Source: a virus
Lineage: Duplodnaviria; Caudoviricetes
Virus record (IMG/VR): IMGVR_UViG_3300044842_000287
Coordinates: 6,514-70,513 of that record
Direction: 5' to 3' (one strand)
Length of the DNA: 64,000 nt
A program made the position numbers and the translations under genes. Each line of letters begins with the position of its first letter. The stretch's first letter is position 1. Positions 37,762-46,058 of this stretch are shown here, one piece after another. Under the pieces are notes generated by a model. That model did no database searches. It saw only the letters and a list, made by a program, of their open reading frames with translations, and was not told where the DNA came from.

Positions 37762-38511
37762 TTAGTCTCCGAATAAATCTTTGGCGGCACGGATCTGGTT
37801 TTGCCGGATCTGCTCGCTCAGATGGGTGTCGTAATGTTGGGCGTAAGCTTTGCCGGCGCTGATCGGGTAAGCTTTCTGGATGGAATCTGGGACGTAGTTT
37901 TCGAGTGGTCCGATGTTGATGGGTTTTTGATCGACGCCATAGAGCGCATACAGGTCATGCGCCACACCGTGGCAGCGTTCCATTGGTGTCAGGTCCGGTT
38001 CTGTAGCCCATTGGTTGGCGATATCGAACGCTTGACGAATCTGGTGGGTGCGCAACTCGACAGCGCTGTCGATCGCTTCTTTTTCGTAGTGTTCGGCGCG
38101 CAGACGATTCTTTTCATGAATCGCATCGCGTTCTTCTTGCGACAATTTATTCCACTCTTGTTCCCATCCTTGATCGCCCAACATCATCGAACGGGCCAAA
38201 ATGAGTTGAGAAGCCACCAGTGAACGCATGTGCAAAACGATGTCGGTGTTTTCAACTTGACGCTCGCTGGCCCACTCCTTGACCCATTTGTCATTCGCCA
38301 CCATGGCGTAGGTTTCGTCCGGCACGTTGGTTGACATGCCGATCTCAAGATTCGTCATGCGGTCGGCGACTGCGTCAGTGACATCATCAATCACGCGTAG
38401 CAGACGAACTGGGTCCGTGTCTTTTGGGATAAACGACACGGTAATCACTGTACGTGGCCCCATCTCCTCTTCTTGTTTGTCCATCTCTTGGCGATCGTCA
38501 TCTTCAAACAT
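37762..38511 (-). CDS. AARDLF-module family protein 8
   Basis: Start reassigned to MFEDDDRQ (SD AAAGGA); ERCHGVAHDLY core; ends QIRQNQIRAAKDLFGD. Confidence 0.7.
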   Translation of the reverse strand: MFEDDDRQEMDKQEEEMGPRTVITVSFIPKDTDPVRLLRVIDDVTDAVADRMTNLEIGMSTNVPDETYAMVANDKWVKEWASERQVENTDIVLHMRSLVASQLILARSMMLGDQGWEQEWNKLSQEERDAIHEKNRLRAEHYEKEAIDSAVELRTHQIRQAFDIANQWATEPDLTPMERCHGVAHDLYALYGVDQKPINIGPLENYVPDSIQKAYPISAGKAYAQHYDTHLSEQIRQNQIRAAKDLFGD

Positions 38512-38581
38512 GGTAAATCCTTTTAAGTGAAAAATAATCATGGAGGCGTCAACCCCCATGATTATCGTTCCGGATCAGAAA

Positions 38582-39136
38582 TTAGCTGGGAAACAACTCG
38601 CGCGCCGCGCGGATGCGACGGTTCTCGATTTCGCTCATGAAGTGCTGCTCGAATTGCTGCACATAAGCGTCATGGCGGACTTGTTGCCGCTTCTGTCCTG
38701 ACTTGGTGAGCTGATGGTCCATGGTGTAGACTTCGTGGGCTGTTCCATGGCAACGCTCTAGTGGGGAGAGGTCCTCACGCTGTCCCCATCGGTTGGCGGC
38801 ATCAAACACCGCTTTGGTTTCTTCTTGCCGCAGCGCCGTCATGGTCGCTTTGGCATCGGCATTGACTTCTTTCACCAGCGACGCATCGCGGGTTTTTGGT
38901 TTGGCGGTTTTCGCCGCTTTGGGTTTGGTATGCTCAGCCGTTCTGGCTGGTTTGTCCACCTTTTTGTATTTGGTGGGTTTGATCGGGTGTTTCGCGTCCG
39001 CGACCTCGATCGTGGGGTTGGTGAGATTGTCTTCCACCAGCTCCATGACCTTGACGACCGTGTCCGCTGGCTTGCCCTTCGACGTTCCGGTAGCTGCCAC
39101 CACGATCGTGTCTTGCTCTTTAGCCGACTTACGCAT
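38582..39136 (-). CDS. AARDLF-module family protein 9 (Lys/Ala/Thr-rich N-terminus)
   Basis: Start reassigned to MRKSAKEQ (SD AAAGGAG); ERCHGTAHEVY core; ends EIENRRIRAARELFPS. Confidence 0.7.
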   Translation of the reverse strand: MRKSAKEQDTIVVAATGTSKGKPADTVVKVMELVEDNLTNPTIEVADAKHPIKPTKYKKVDKPARTAEHTKPKAAKTAKPKTRDASLVKEVNADAKATMTALRQEETKAVFDAANRWGQREDLSPLERCHGTAHEVYTMDHQLTKSGQKRQQVRHDAYVQQFEQHFMSEIENRRIRAARELFPS

Positions 39137-39234
39137 GATTCGCTCCTTTGGTGCGGGGTTAAAGTTCCAAGTGTTACCATAATTTCTATCTAGTGGATAT
39201 TCTTTAACCGTAGCAACTTTTGACGGCATACTCA

Positions 39235-39256
39235 CCCTACCCCATGAGGGGTAGGG
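39235..39256 (-). terminator. Hairpin upstream of the module array
   Basis: 9-bp stem followed on minus by TGAGTATGCCGTC. Confidence 0.55.
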
Positions 39257-39264
39257 CGGTACGC

Positions 39265-39717
39265 TTAAGCGAGTTCTTTGCTAACGAGCGGAATAACTTT
39301 ACGTCCCACAGAACCCGGGAAGTAATTCGCGCAGATGGCTTGCGCCATGGCTTTGGGGGTGGCCAATACCCGCGTGACACTGCGATGGCCGGCTTTGCGC
39401 AGTTTGCTGTTCGGACGGATTTGCAGATGCAGCTTCAGGGTGCCGTTGTCAACGATCGTGGTGACGATAGCGGTGTGCGCCATTTCCAGTTCTTGCTGGC
39501 GGTGCACAAAAGCGAATTCGCCATACGGGCGAAAGTCATCGTTGTAACCCAGTTGGCACTCGATGTCAGCAAATGCCGAACTGCGATTAGCCAACGGGAA
39601 CACCACCTTCTCTTTGGTGGGTACCAGGTTCAGTTCTTCGATCACAGCGTGAACGAAGTTGAAATCACTGGCATCGGCATTCGGCGAATACCCTTTGATC
39701 TTCTCAGAAATCTTCAT
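39265..39717 (-). CDS. Hypothetical protein
   Basis: 150 aa ORF with biased codon usage. Confidence 0.55.
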   Translation of the reverse strand: MKISEKIKGYSPNADASDFNFVHAVIEELNLVPTKEKVVFPLANRSSAFADIECQLGYNDDFRPYGEFAFVHRQQELEMAHTAIVTTIVDNGTLKLHLQIRPNSKLRKAGHRSVTRVLATPKAMAQAICANYFPGSVGRKVIPLVSKELA

Positions 39718-39741
39718 CCGTCTAAACTTTCATGCGAGGTG

Positions 39742-40119
39742 TTAAAGGTGGGCGGTGCGAACGCTCATAATGGTGCCCTGAGGACTCAGGCGCAACACAT
39801 AGGCGTGCAACGTATTATCGAGCTTTTCCAATGCCGCAATACGCAGGAAAATTTGCTCTCTCAGAATATTGGACACCGTCAAACGCGCCACCAGCGTTTG
39901 TGACGGGTACATGGTTTTAAGTTCTTTGACCAGTTCAGAAATCTGGAGTTGAACTCCTGAACCGGCGGCGTAAGGCCCCAGCTCATTGAACATACGGTCA
40001 ATGTCTTGCCACTGCATCAACGGTAACAACATGAAATAAAGCGACGGACTGGGATTGAGTGCGAGTTCTTTCTTCTTCTCATTGACCCAGTCCGGTAAAG
40101 CGACTGCGATAGCCTTCAT
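39742..40119 (-). CDS. Hypothetical protein
   Basis: 125 aa; SD AGGA plus leader motif. Confidence 0.55.
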   Translation of the reverse strand: MKAIAVALPDWVNEKKKELALNPSPSLYFMLLPLMQWQDIDRMFNELGPYAAGSGVQLQISELVKELKTMYPSQTLVARLTVSNILREQIFLRIAALEKLDNTLHAYVLRLSPQGTIMSVRTAHL

Positions 40120-40160
40120 TGGGATTGTTCCTAGTTCTTGTTAGTTATAGTGGTGTTGAA

Positions 40161-40322
40161 TTATTCGTCCTCGGTGTCGGGAATCTCCTCGTAGGGTTTA
40201 CCGCACTCGGCGCACTTGTGTTCGTGCGAGTGGTTGCCGATACCGCATTTGCAAATCCAGTTACCGTTGGGGCGGATAGCTGGGGTCGTGGAAGGTTTCC
40301 ACGGTAAAGTAGGTGCGTTCAT
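40161..40322 (-). CDS. RanBP2/NZF-like zinc-ribbon microprotein (53 aa, below ORF-track cutoff)
   Basis: Manual translation MNAPTLPWKPSTTPAIRPNGNWICKCGIGNHSHEHKCAECGKPYEEIPDTEDE; ATGA overlap with the upstream stop. Confidence 0.7.
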   Translation of the reverse strand: MNAPTLPWKPSTTPAIRPNGNWICKCGIGNHSHEHKCAECGKPYEEIPDTEDE

Positions 40323-40753
40323 ACACAAGCCTTCAGGATAGGTTCACGATAATAATAGTCACCTGGAAAATTCTGTTCCGGTAAACTACCGTCCAGCACG
40401 AAGTTCACGATGCGGTTGGCTGCCTCGACGATATCAGGCGCCAAGGTATGCTTCATGTGATTGGGGTGGTCTTCGTTTTGCCATTCCTTCGGTGGGGTAT
40501 GATAACCGAACGAGACGACCAAACAGTCTTGATGGGTGGCCGCGGTATCGCCGTGATACGTCACGTACGGTCGCACCCACGCGAAGCGCTTGTAGAACTT
40601 GCTGTAATAGCACGTACCACCGAAATGGGAATGGGTAACAGGCGAAGCGGAGATGGTCTCCTTAGGATCGCCCGGTGCCGAGGTGCTGCGGTTAGCAATC
40701 TCGGTGAGCACAGCTACCGTAGCGCGTTGGTCAAAGTCAAGGTCGAGGAACAT
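40319..40753 (-). CDS. Hypothetical protein
   Basis: 144 aa ORF following a cUUCGg hairpin. Confidence 0.55.
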   Translation of the reverse strand: MFLDLDFDQRATVAVLTEIANRSTSAPGDPKETISASPVTHSHFGGTCYYSKFYKRFAWVRPYVTYHGDTAATHQDCLVVSFGYHTPPKEWQNEDHPNHMKHTLAPDIVEAANRIVNFVLDGSLPEQNFPGDYYYREPILKACV

Positions 40754-40791
40754 AATGGAAGGAATAAGAAAGGGGCCGAAGCCCCTCAGGG

Positions 40792-41268
40792 TTATTGCAT
40801 CTTGAGGGTGTTGTCGTACAACATACGAATATGCGCGATCAGTTTGTCAAGATCTTTACGTTCCCACTGTACGCACGCTTCACCCATGACGTTCATCCCG
40901 GCCAACTGGTTGTAATCCATCATGGGGAGATTCCGCAAGAACAGGCTATCGATCTCGTTGGTGTAGAGTCGCTCGACGTCGCGGATCACTACATCGAGGA
41001 TTTCCGGATCGACGCGCTGTTGGAACGGGGGCGTGTTGAAGTCATGCACGATCGTGCGTTCCGGCACAACCTTCAGCGTCAACCCTGTCCCGTCGAATTC
41101 ACGGCTCAGATTGACAAACATCAAACCATCATCTGTGCGTTCCATCAAAGCAAATGCAGAGACGATGATCACGCCGTTATGGTCGATGTCGATGAATGGA
41201 TGGTAGGGATTGTCCTCTGGCGCTTTGACGCCGATCGGGAACAGACTTTTGAGGAATTCACTGGACAT
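40792..41268 (-). CDS. Hypothetical protein
   Basis: 158 aa; SD GAGG. Confidence 0.55.
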   Translation of the reverse strand: MSSEFLKSLFPIGVKAPEDNPYHPFIDIDHNGVIIVSAFALMERTDDGLMFVNLSREFDGTGLTLKVVPERTIVHDFNTPPFQQRVDPEILDVVIRDVERLYTNEIDSLFLRNLPMMDYNQLAGMNVMGEACVQWERKDLDKLIAHIRMLYDNTLKMQ

Positions 41269-41280
41269 CGTTGACCTCGC

Positions 41281-42198
41281 TTATTGGGTGGAGTTGTTCA
41301 GCCTCCGGCCACGGGGCGCCGTTACCTCGTAAATCGTGATCTGCTTCTTGTAGAAGCCCGCCTCACGATCGTCGTTCTCGGATGGGTAATACTCGCGGTT
41401 GGCGAGCGCAGCCCGTTTCTCGGGCGTTTCTTCCGATCCATTGATTTTGATGTTCGAGAAGCCGTGTTCCCGGAGGGCTTTCTCGATCACGCTACTCACC
41501 ACCGTTTTACCGGTGTGGACCCAGCCGGCGATGGCGATTGCGATCGGATGTTCGCCGGGCGGTACATCACCGATCTCGGTCTCGCGGAACGTCGCATCGA
41601 TTTCAGCCCCGGTACGGGTGGCGCCGTACATCGAAGTCGGTAGCGTTTGACCGACTGTGCCGTCGGAGTTTTCCACCATTAGGCCGAGTTGAACCCCGGC
41701 ATTGACAGCCTCGATGATGCGTTCGACATCTTTACCATACAGGTCCGTGATCAGCCATGCGCCGTTGTTCAGCGGGTAGTGGTTGGAACCATCTGCCCCG
41801 TAACCCATGCTGAACGCCACGTAATCCTGCGCCACCCGCATGCTGGTTTTGATCGGGAAGCGTGCATGACTGATGCCCGCAAATTCAGCTGCTTGGCTCA
41901 GGGTCTCGTCCGGGTGGTAATCGATGCTGAGGTAAGTGACATGGCGCATCGAGACATGGGGTTCGCGACCACGTGGCTGTGCATTGGTGAGGAGTTCGGT
42001 GAGCTTTTCGCCGAACTTGTCGAGTTGTTCTTGGGTGGGTGCGCCCGCCGACTCGGCCAGCATTTCCATCATCATGCCCGGGATCGGCGTAGCGCCCGGT
42101 TCGCCGTCGCGAAACATTTTGAACGTGGGCTTACCGAGGGCACGCTTCCAGAGTTCAACGGCGCGGGCGACGATGATGGGGTTGTTGGGTTGTTGCAT
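41281..42198 (-). CDS. Two-domain protein with C-terminal P-loop-like segment
   Basis: IAIAIAGWVHTGKTVVS (G-x4-GKT); unrelated N-terminal domain with IDYHPD and GYGA. Confidence 0.55.
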   Translation of the reverse strand: MQQPNNPIIVARAVELWKRALGKPTFKMFRDGEPGATPIPGMMMEMLAESAGAPTQEQLDKFGEKLTELLTNAQPRGREPHVSMRHVTYLSIDYHPDETLSQAAEFAGISHARFPIKTSMRVAQDYVAFSMGYGADGSNHYPLNNGAWLITDLYGKDVERIIEAVNAGVQLGLMVENSDGTVGQTLPTSMYGATRTGAEIDATFRETEIGDVPPGEHPIAIAIAGWVHTGKTVVSSVIEKALREHGFSNIKINGSEETPEKRAALANREYYPSENDDREAGFYKKQITIYEVTAPRGRRLNNSTQ

Positions 42199-42254
42199 GG
42201 TGATATCCTTTCTGTTGTTGTGGTGACTACTGAATATTACATTGAGGTAGAAAC

Positions 42255-42626
42255 TTATCGGTTACGGCGTGGCAAGCCGGTGAACTCGCGAGTCAGACGA
42301 TTTTTGGCACGCTTGGACAACTTACGGGTGAAGTCGCCGAACGGGTCACGGCTGGTGGCGAGGTACTTGGCCTTCTTGATTTCATCAGCGCGGTACACCG
42401 TCTTGACTTCGTTGTCGGCAGTGCGAGTAAAGATGAACAGGTCTTTGCCGGTATCGTCATCGAACACCACTGCTACGCCAGCCCCGTAGAGGTTTTCCAC
42501 CATGGCGTCATGCGCCATGTTCTTTGCGGATCGTGCGTATTTGTACCAGCGGGTGGTGCCCGAGATCACTGAGGTGCGGGTGGAATCGGTGAAGTAGTAA
42601 ACGACGATGGTGCGTTGGTTCGACAT
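42255..42626 (-). CDS. Hypothetical basic protein
   Basis: 123 aa; SD GGAGG. Confidence 0.55.
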   Translation of the reverse strand: MSNQRTIVVYYFTDSTRTSVISGTTRWYKYARSAKNMAHDAMVENLYGAGVAVVFDDDTGKDLFIFTRTADNEVKTVYRADEIKKAKYLATSRDPFGDFTRKLSKRAKNRLTREFTGLPRRNR

Positions 42627-42895
42627 TATTGGTTATCCTCCAGCAAAGCGTCAATCAGTACATCGAGCATGATGCTTTCGGTACCCATGCCGATTCCCGT
42701 CGGAACCTCATCGTTCGCGTAAAGATCTGTGATGCGTCCCTCGATGTGATGCGTGACCATCAGTGTTCCGGTCCGCTCCTTACCATCGGCAACAAACTCG
42801 ACATTGTTGTAAACGATGTGCACGCCTTGCGGGGCTTCTTGGTAGGTCGCCCCGTTGTCGAGGCTGACCATGATCTTGGGTTGATTGTCCGACAT
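42626..42895 (-). CDS. Hypothetical protein
   Basis: 89 aa; SD AAGGA plus leader motif. Confidence 0.55.
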   Translation of the reverse strand: MSDNQPKIMVSLDNGATYQEAPQGVHIVYNNVEFVADGKERTGTLMVTHHIEGRITDLYANDEVPTGIGMGTESIMLDVLIDALLEDNQ

Positions 42896-42916
42896 GTAGA
42901 TATCCTTAGTTGTTAG

Positions 42917-43285
42917 TTATTGGTAAACATATTGAATAGCTTGATTGAGAATTTCGAAGAACTCGGGTGGTGTAGGTCGGACGGGCACGCAGCCCAAGAA
43001 AATCATGGCCAATGCAGTGATCACTTCTTCCGTGACGTCAGTGCCATAGTCGTCGATTAGTTCGTTTCGTGCGAGGGGCACCAGCTGCATTGCCTCATCG
43101 AGCTGATGAGGCGTGATGCTAATGCCGTTCTCTTCAAGGCGATGAACCATACCGATCAAATGTTCAGCGGGCACATTAAGTCGCATTCTCCGGAGTGCTG
43201 CAGTTTTGCGGTTCTTCATCGAACGCAAAACTTGATTGAGTTGACCGCGTTGCTGAAGCGTGATGATATTAGCCGAAGTTAACAT
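42917..43285 (-). CDS. Hypothetical protein
   Basis: 122 aa; first gene downstream of a TATATTAC promoter. Confidence 0.55.
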   Translation of the reverse strand: MLTSANIITLQQRGQLNQVLRSMKNRKTAALRRMRLNVPAEHLIGMVHRLEENGISITPHQLDEAMQLVPLARNELIDDYGTDVTEEVITALAMIFLGCVPVRPTPPEFFEILNQAIQYVYQ

Positions 43286-43369
43286 GAAAATCCTTTTCTG
43301 TTGTTGATTATAAAGGTAGCCGTATAATGGCCAGAATGGGTAACGTTTTATCGTACCCAGATCAGCTTA

Positions 43370-43377
43370 GTAATATA
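43370..43377 (-). promoter_or_regulatory. phiKZ-type early (virion RNAP) promoter TATATTAC
   Basis: Exact match on minus, intergenic, with an upstream T-tract. Confidence 0.6.
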
Positions 43378-43414
43378 GTTGCAAAAATATCTACAAAAAA
43401 TAAGGGCATACTCA

Positions 43415-43443
43415 CCTCCCCTGCCCGTCATGGGCAGGGGAGG
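43415..43443. terminator. Hairpin with CATA/TATG flanks
   Basis: CCTCCCCTGCCC-GTCAT-GGGCAGGGGAGG. Confidence 0.65.
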
Positions 43444-43454
43444 GTTATGCTCGC

Positions 43455-43835
43455 TTATTCCGGCACTTCGCCGTTACAGAGATAAATCTGGATGTCCTTC
43501 GCCAACAGGTCGAGGTCACCGAGATCGTATTCCATTACCACAGCATTCGGGTCGAACGGTTTGCTCATGTAGATTGCGTTACACATGCCGTTCTCATTGA
43601 GCTTGGTTTCGACGAACACGCGCCGTTCGATGGAACGTGTCTTGCCGGAGCTGATCAGCCAGTAGGCATTGAAACACACTGCCACACGCGACGTGGTATC
43701 GGTCGTGATGCGAATCACGCCATCGCGGGTCGCCAATGCGCGCACGAGTTCCATGGTACGCATGACGTGTAAAGGAAACCCTTTCGCGGATTTAACAGCG
43801 GGTTGGGAAGTGGTGTTAATAGGAGTAGCGAGCAT
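43455..43835 (-). CDS. Hypothetical protein
   Basis: 126 aa; A/C-rich leader with no SD. Confidence 0.5.
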   Translation of the reverse strand: MLATPINTTSQPAVKSAKGFPLHVMRTMELVRALATRDGVIRITTDTTSRVAVCFNAYWLISSGKTRSIERRVFVETKLNENGMCNAIYMSKPFDPNAVVMEYDLGDLDLLAKDIQIYLCNGEVPE

Positions 43836-43966
43836 AATGGTTTTTGGATTATGGTGGATTCAATGACGATACGGGATTAGGATGCAGTCATTGGATATGT
43901 CTCTGTTCAGAATCTTTCTCGTACTCGCTACGAATGTGACATGAACATTGTTGTTAGTTATGGTGG

Positions 43967-44407
43967 TTAGTTGGAACGATGTACAGCAGGGAAGGGATGT
44001 CCTTCGTCTTTCCTTTTGATGAGAATGGTTGATGAAGTAAACGCCATTTTGGTACCGGTGTACAGGTACTCATTGAGCAAGTGGTGGATCTGGTAATACT
44101 TCTTACACTTCATGAGTTGGCCGATCCACTTGTGCGCTTCCGCTAAGTGTTCCTGGAAGAGATGGAGTTCCACCCCACCATGAAAATCAGCGGAAGGGCG
44201 AGACGATACCACGATGCTAAAGACGCCACGCTCTTGATCATGCATGTGGTCCGTGGGACGCAGCACGATGTCGATATCGCATTTCTTGCTACGAAACACG
44301 ACAGGGAAGCTTTGACGATTCCACATCGCGGTTACGTCATTGCCGAGCAACATCGTTGCATGCCGCTCGGCTTTGGTGATAAAACTACGGAGTTCTTCGG
44401 GAGACAT
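43967..44407 (-). CDS. Hypothetical protein
   Basis: 146 aa, 1 nt from the upstream stop. Confidence 0.55.
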   Translation of the reverse strand: MSPEELRSFITKAERHATMLLGNDVTAMWNRQSFPVVFRSKKCDIDIVLRPTDHMHDQERGVFSIVVSSRPSADFHGGVELHLFQEHLAEAHKWIGQLMKCKKYYQIHHLLNEYLYTGTKMAFTSSTILIKRKDEGHPFPAVHRSN

Positions 44408-44408
44408 G

Positions 44409-45275
44409 TCACGCTTCTTCTGTTACGTTCTCGTAGCCGATCAGGTTCTCACGGGCTACGGATTTGAGTTTAAACAGCACTTGGATGTCACTGGGTTTGC
44501 CGAGCGTACCTGGCCGCATGAACGAGAAGCGTTTGTTAATCTCGCGGTGCAGCATGATGCTCAGGTCTTCTGCCGAGAGCGATCCGCTCAAGGTCTTATC
44601 GGCTTTGTTAACATCGTATTCATCCAGACGTTGGAGGCGATTCCAGCGACTCAGGTTCGCCACCTGCATGGAGAAGAAGTACGGGCGGTTATCAAACACC
44701 ATCCGACCAAAGAAACCATCACGCGGGAGATTCACCCGTACAGTCTCCTCAGTGATGAACTGCCGATACTTTTCGTACTCGAACGCCATGAAGGTCGCGG
44801 GTTTGGTTTCACCCACACCACAGGTCACACGCGGTTCCATCTTGAAGAAGATGAGTTGCGGGAATTCGATAAACAACTCGAAGCCACGATCGCCACCCAG
44901 TGGCACGAGTTTCGTGCCCGGGGTCTGGTTCATCGACCGCCCGACAGGGTTAAGCACCCAGTCGATATACTCGTTCAGCATCGACCATCCATGAACTCGC
45001 ACTCCCGCACCGTAAGTCTGGTCGAAATACGCTTGCAACTTTTCACGCACTTCTTTGGTAACGGTGGTACTGTTATATCGGCCGCGGTTACGGTAGCTCG
45101 TCAAGATGTTCAGTCGGTAATACACGACTTCACCATCGAACCGATCACCCACGATGAATCGGCCAGATGGATATTGTTCAAACGCGGTTGGGTTTTTAGG
45201 AAAGTCGATGATCGCGAGATAGCCGCAATTCATCTCGATCAAGTGTTTGTACGTGTGACGATTTTTGGAAGACAT
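44409..45275 (-). CDS. Hypothetical protein
   Basis: 288 aa; the leader motif sits immediately upstream of the ATG. Confidence 0.6.
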   Translation of the reverse strand: MSSKNRHTYKHLIEMNCGYLAIIDFPKNPTAFEQYPSGRFIVGDRFDGEVVYYRLNILTSYRNRGRYNSTTVTKEVREKLQAYFDQTYGAGVRVHGWSMLNEYIDWVLNPVGRSMNQTPGTKLVPLGGDRGFELFIEFPQLIFFKMEPRVTCGVGETKPATFMAFEYEKYRQFITEETVRVNLPRDGFFGRMVFDNRPYFFSMQVANLSRWNRLQRLDEYDVNKADKTLSGSLSAEDLSIMLHREINKRFSFMRPGTLGKPSDIQVLFKLKSVARENLIGYENVTEEA

Positions 45276-45301
45276 TGTTGTTAGTTGTGGTGAAAGTTGA
45301 A

Positions 45302-45721
45302 TTACTCGGGTTGCAAGAAAAACTTCGGGTCGAGATAGATCAAAGGGATCTTTTCGTTCATGGCGATATCATACTCGGCGTTAACACCGGTTGATTCTTG
45401 CCAGCCGTCGATCATCAGCACGATCATGCGATTGCACCGTTTGAGCATGACTTCGGAGTAATCGCCCCAATACTGCCAGTCTCCGGGTAACTGGGAAACA
45501 TGGAGCCGCAGCAAGTGCATCAGAAGCGGTGAACAGGTCTTGATACCCATCCGCATGAGCTTTTCCATGCACAGGCTCATCTCACGGATACGGTTTGCGA
45601 TCGTGTCCTTGTCTTCACTGCCATCAGCCAGCTTAGCCGTGTAAGGCGCGGCGATGTAGATCAGTTCATCCGGGTCGATCGTTTTCAGAAGTTCTAATGC
45701 TTGCAGATAATCGTTCTTCAT
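45302..45721 (-). CDS. Nucleoside-deoxyribosyltransferase-like fold protein (DUF1937/DUF4406-like)
   Basis: IYIAAPYT...CSPL..H...LKRCNRMIVL..DGWQESTGV..E..IA....IP pattern. Confidence 0.65.
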   Translation of the reverse strand: MKNDYLQALELLKTIDPDELIYIAAPYTAKLADGSEDKDTIANRIREMSLCMEKLMRMGIKTCSPLLMHLLRLHVSQLPGDWQYWGDYSEVMLKRCNRMIVLMIDGWQESTGVNAEYDIAMNEKIPLIYLDPKFFLQPE

Positions 45722-45996
45722 GCGGGTTCCTCCATTAGTTGTTGGTTTTTCAGTGCCTCAGCCAGCAACAGCAACTCGAAATTGTGGAGCTGTCGTTCGC
45801 GCCGCGACCCGACTTCCCCTTCCCATTTCATCACCACGAAGGGATGCTGGAAGGTTTCCTGATGCATGAAACGTTGGATCACAATCGCGCTGCCATCTAA
45901 TTGTGGAAACACAATTCTTTTAAATTGAAGAAGAGCGTCAATATGCTCTTCCGTGAGGTACGGGTACTTCGTTTTGAGATATTGACGCATGTTCAT
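45718..45996 (-). CDS. Hypothetical protein
   Basis: 92 aa; overlaps the downstream start. Confidence 0.5.
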   Translation of the reverse strand: MNMRQYLKTKYPYLTEEHIDALLQFKRIVFPQLDGSAIVIQRFMHQETFQHPFVVMKWEGEVGSRRERQLHNFELLLLAEALKNQQLMEEPA

Positions 45997-46026
45997 ACTG
46001 TTTCCTTTCGTAGAGACGGCATAAAA

Positions 46027-46050
46027 AGAAGGGAGCCGAAGCCCCCTTCT
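46027..46050 (-). terminator. Intrinsic terminator
   Basis: cUUCGg loop hairpin followed by TTTTTATGCCGTC. Confidence 0.75.
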
Positions 46051-46058
46051 TCTACGCT

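Noticed and set aside
31119-39136. AARDLF as a beta-clamp-binding motif (QL[SD]LF)
   Set aside because: It shares only DLF and lacks the conserved Gln four residues upstream; it is embedded in a larger conserved helical module.
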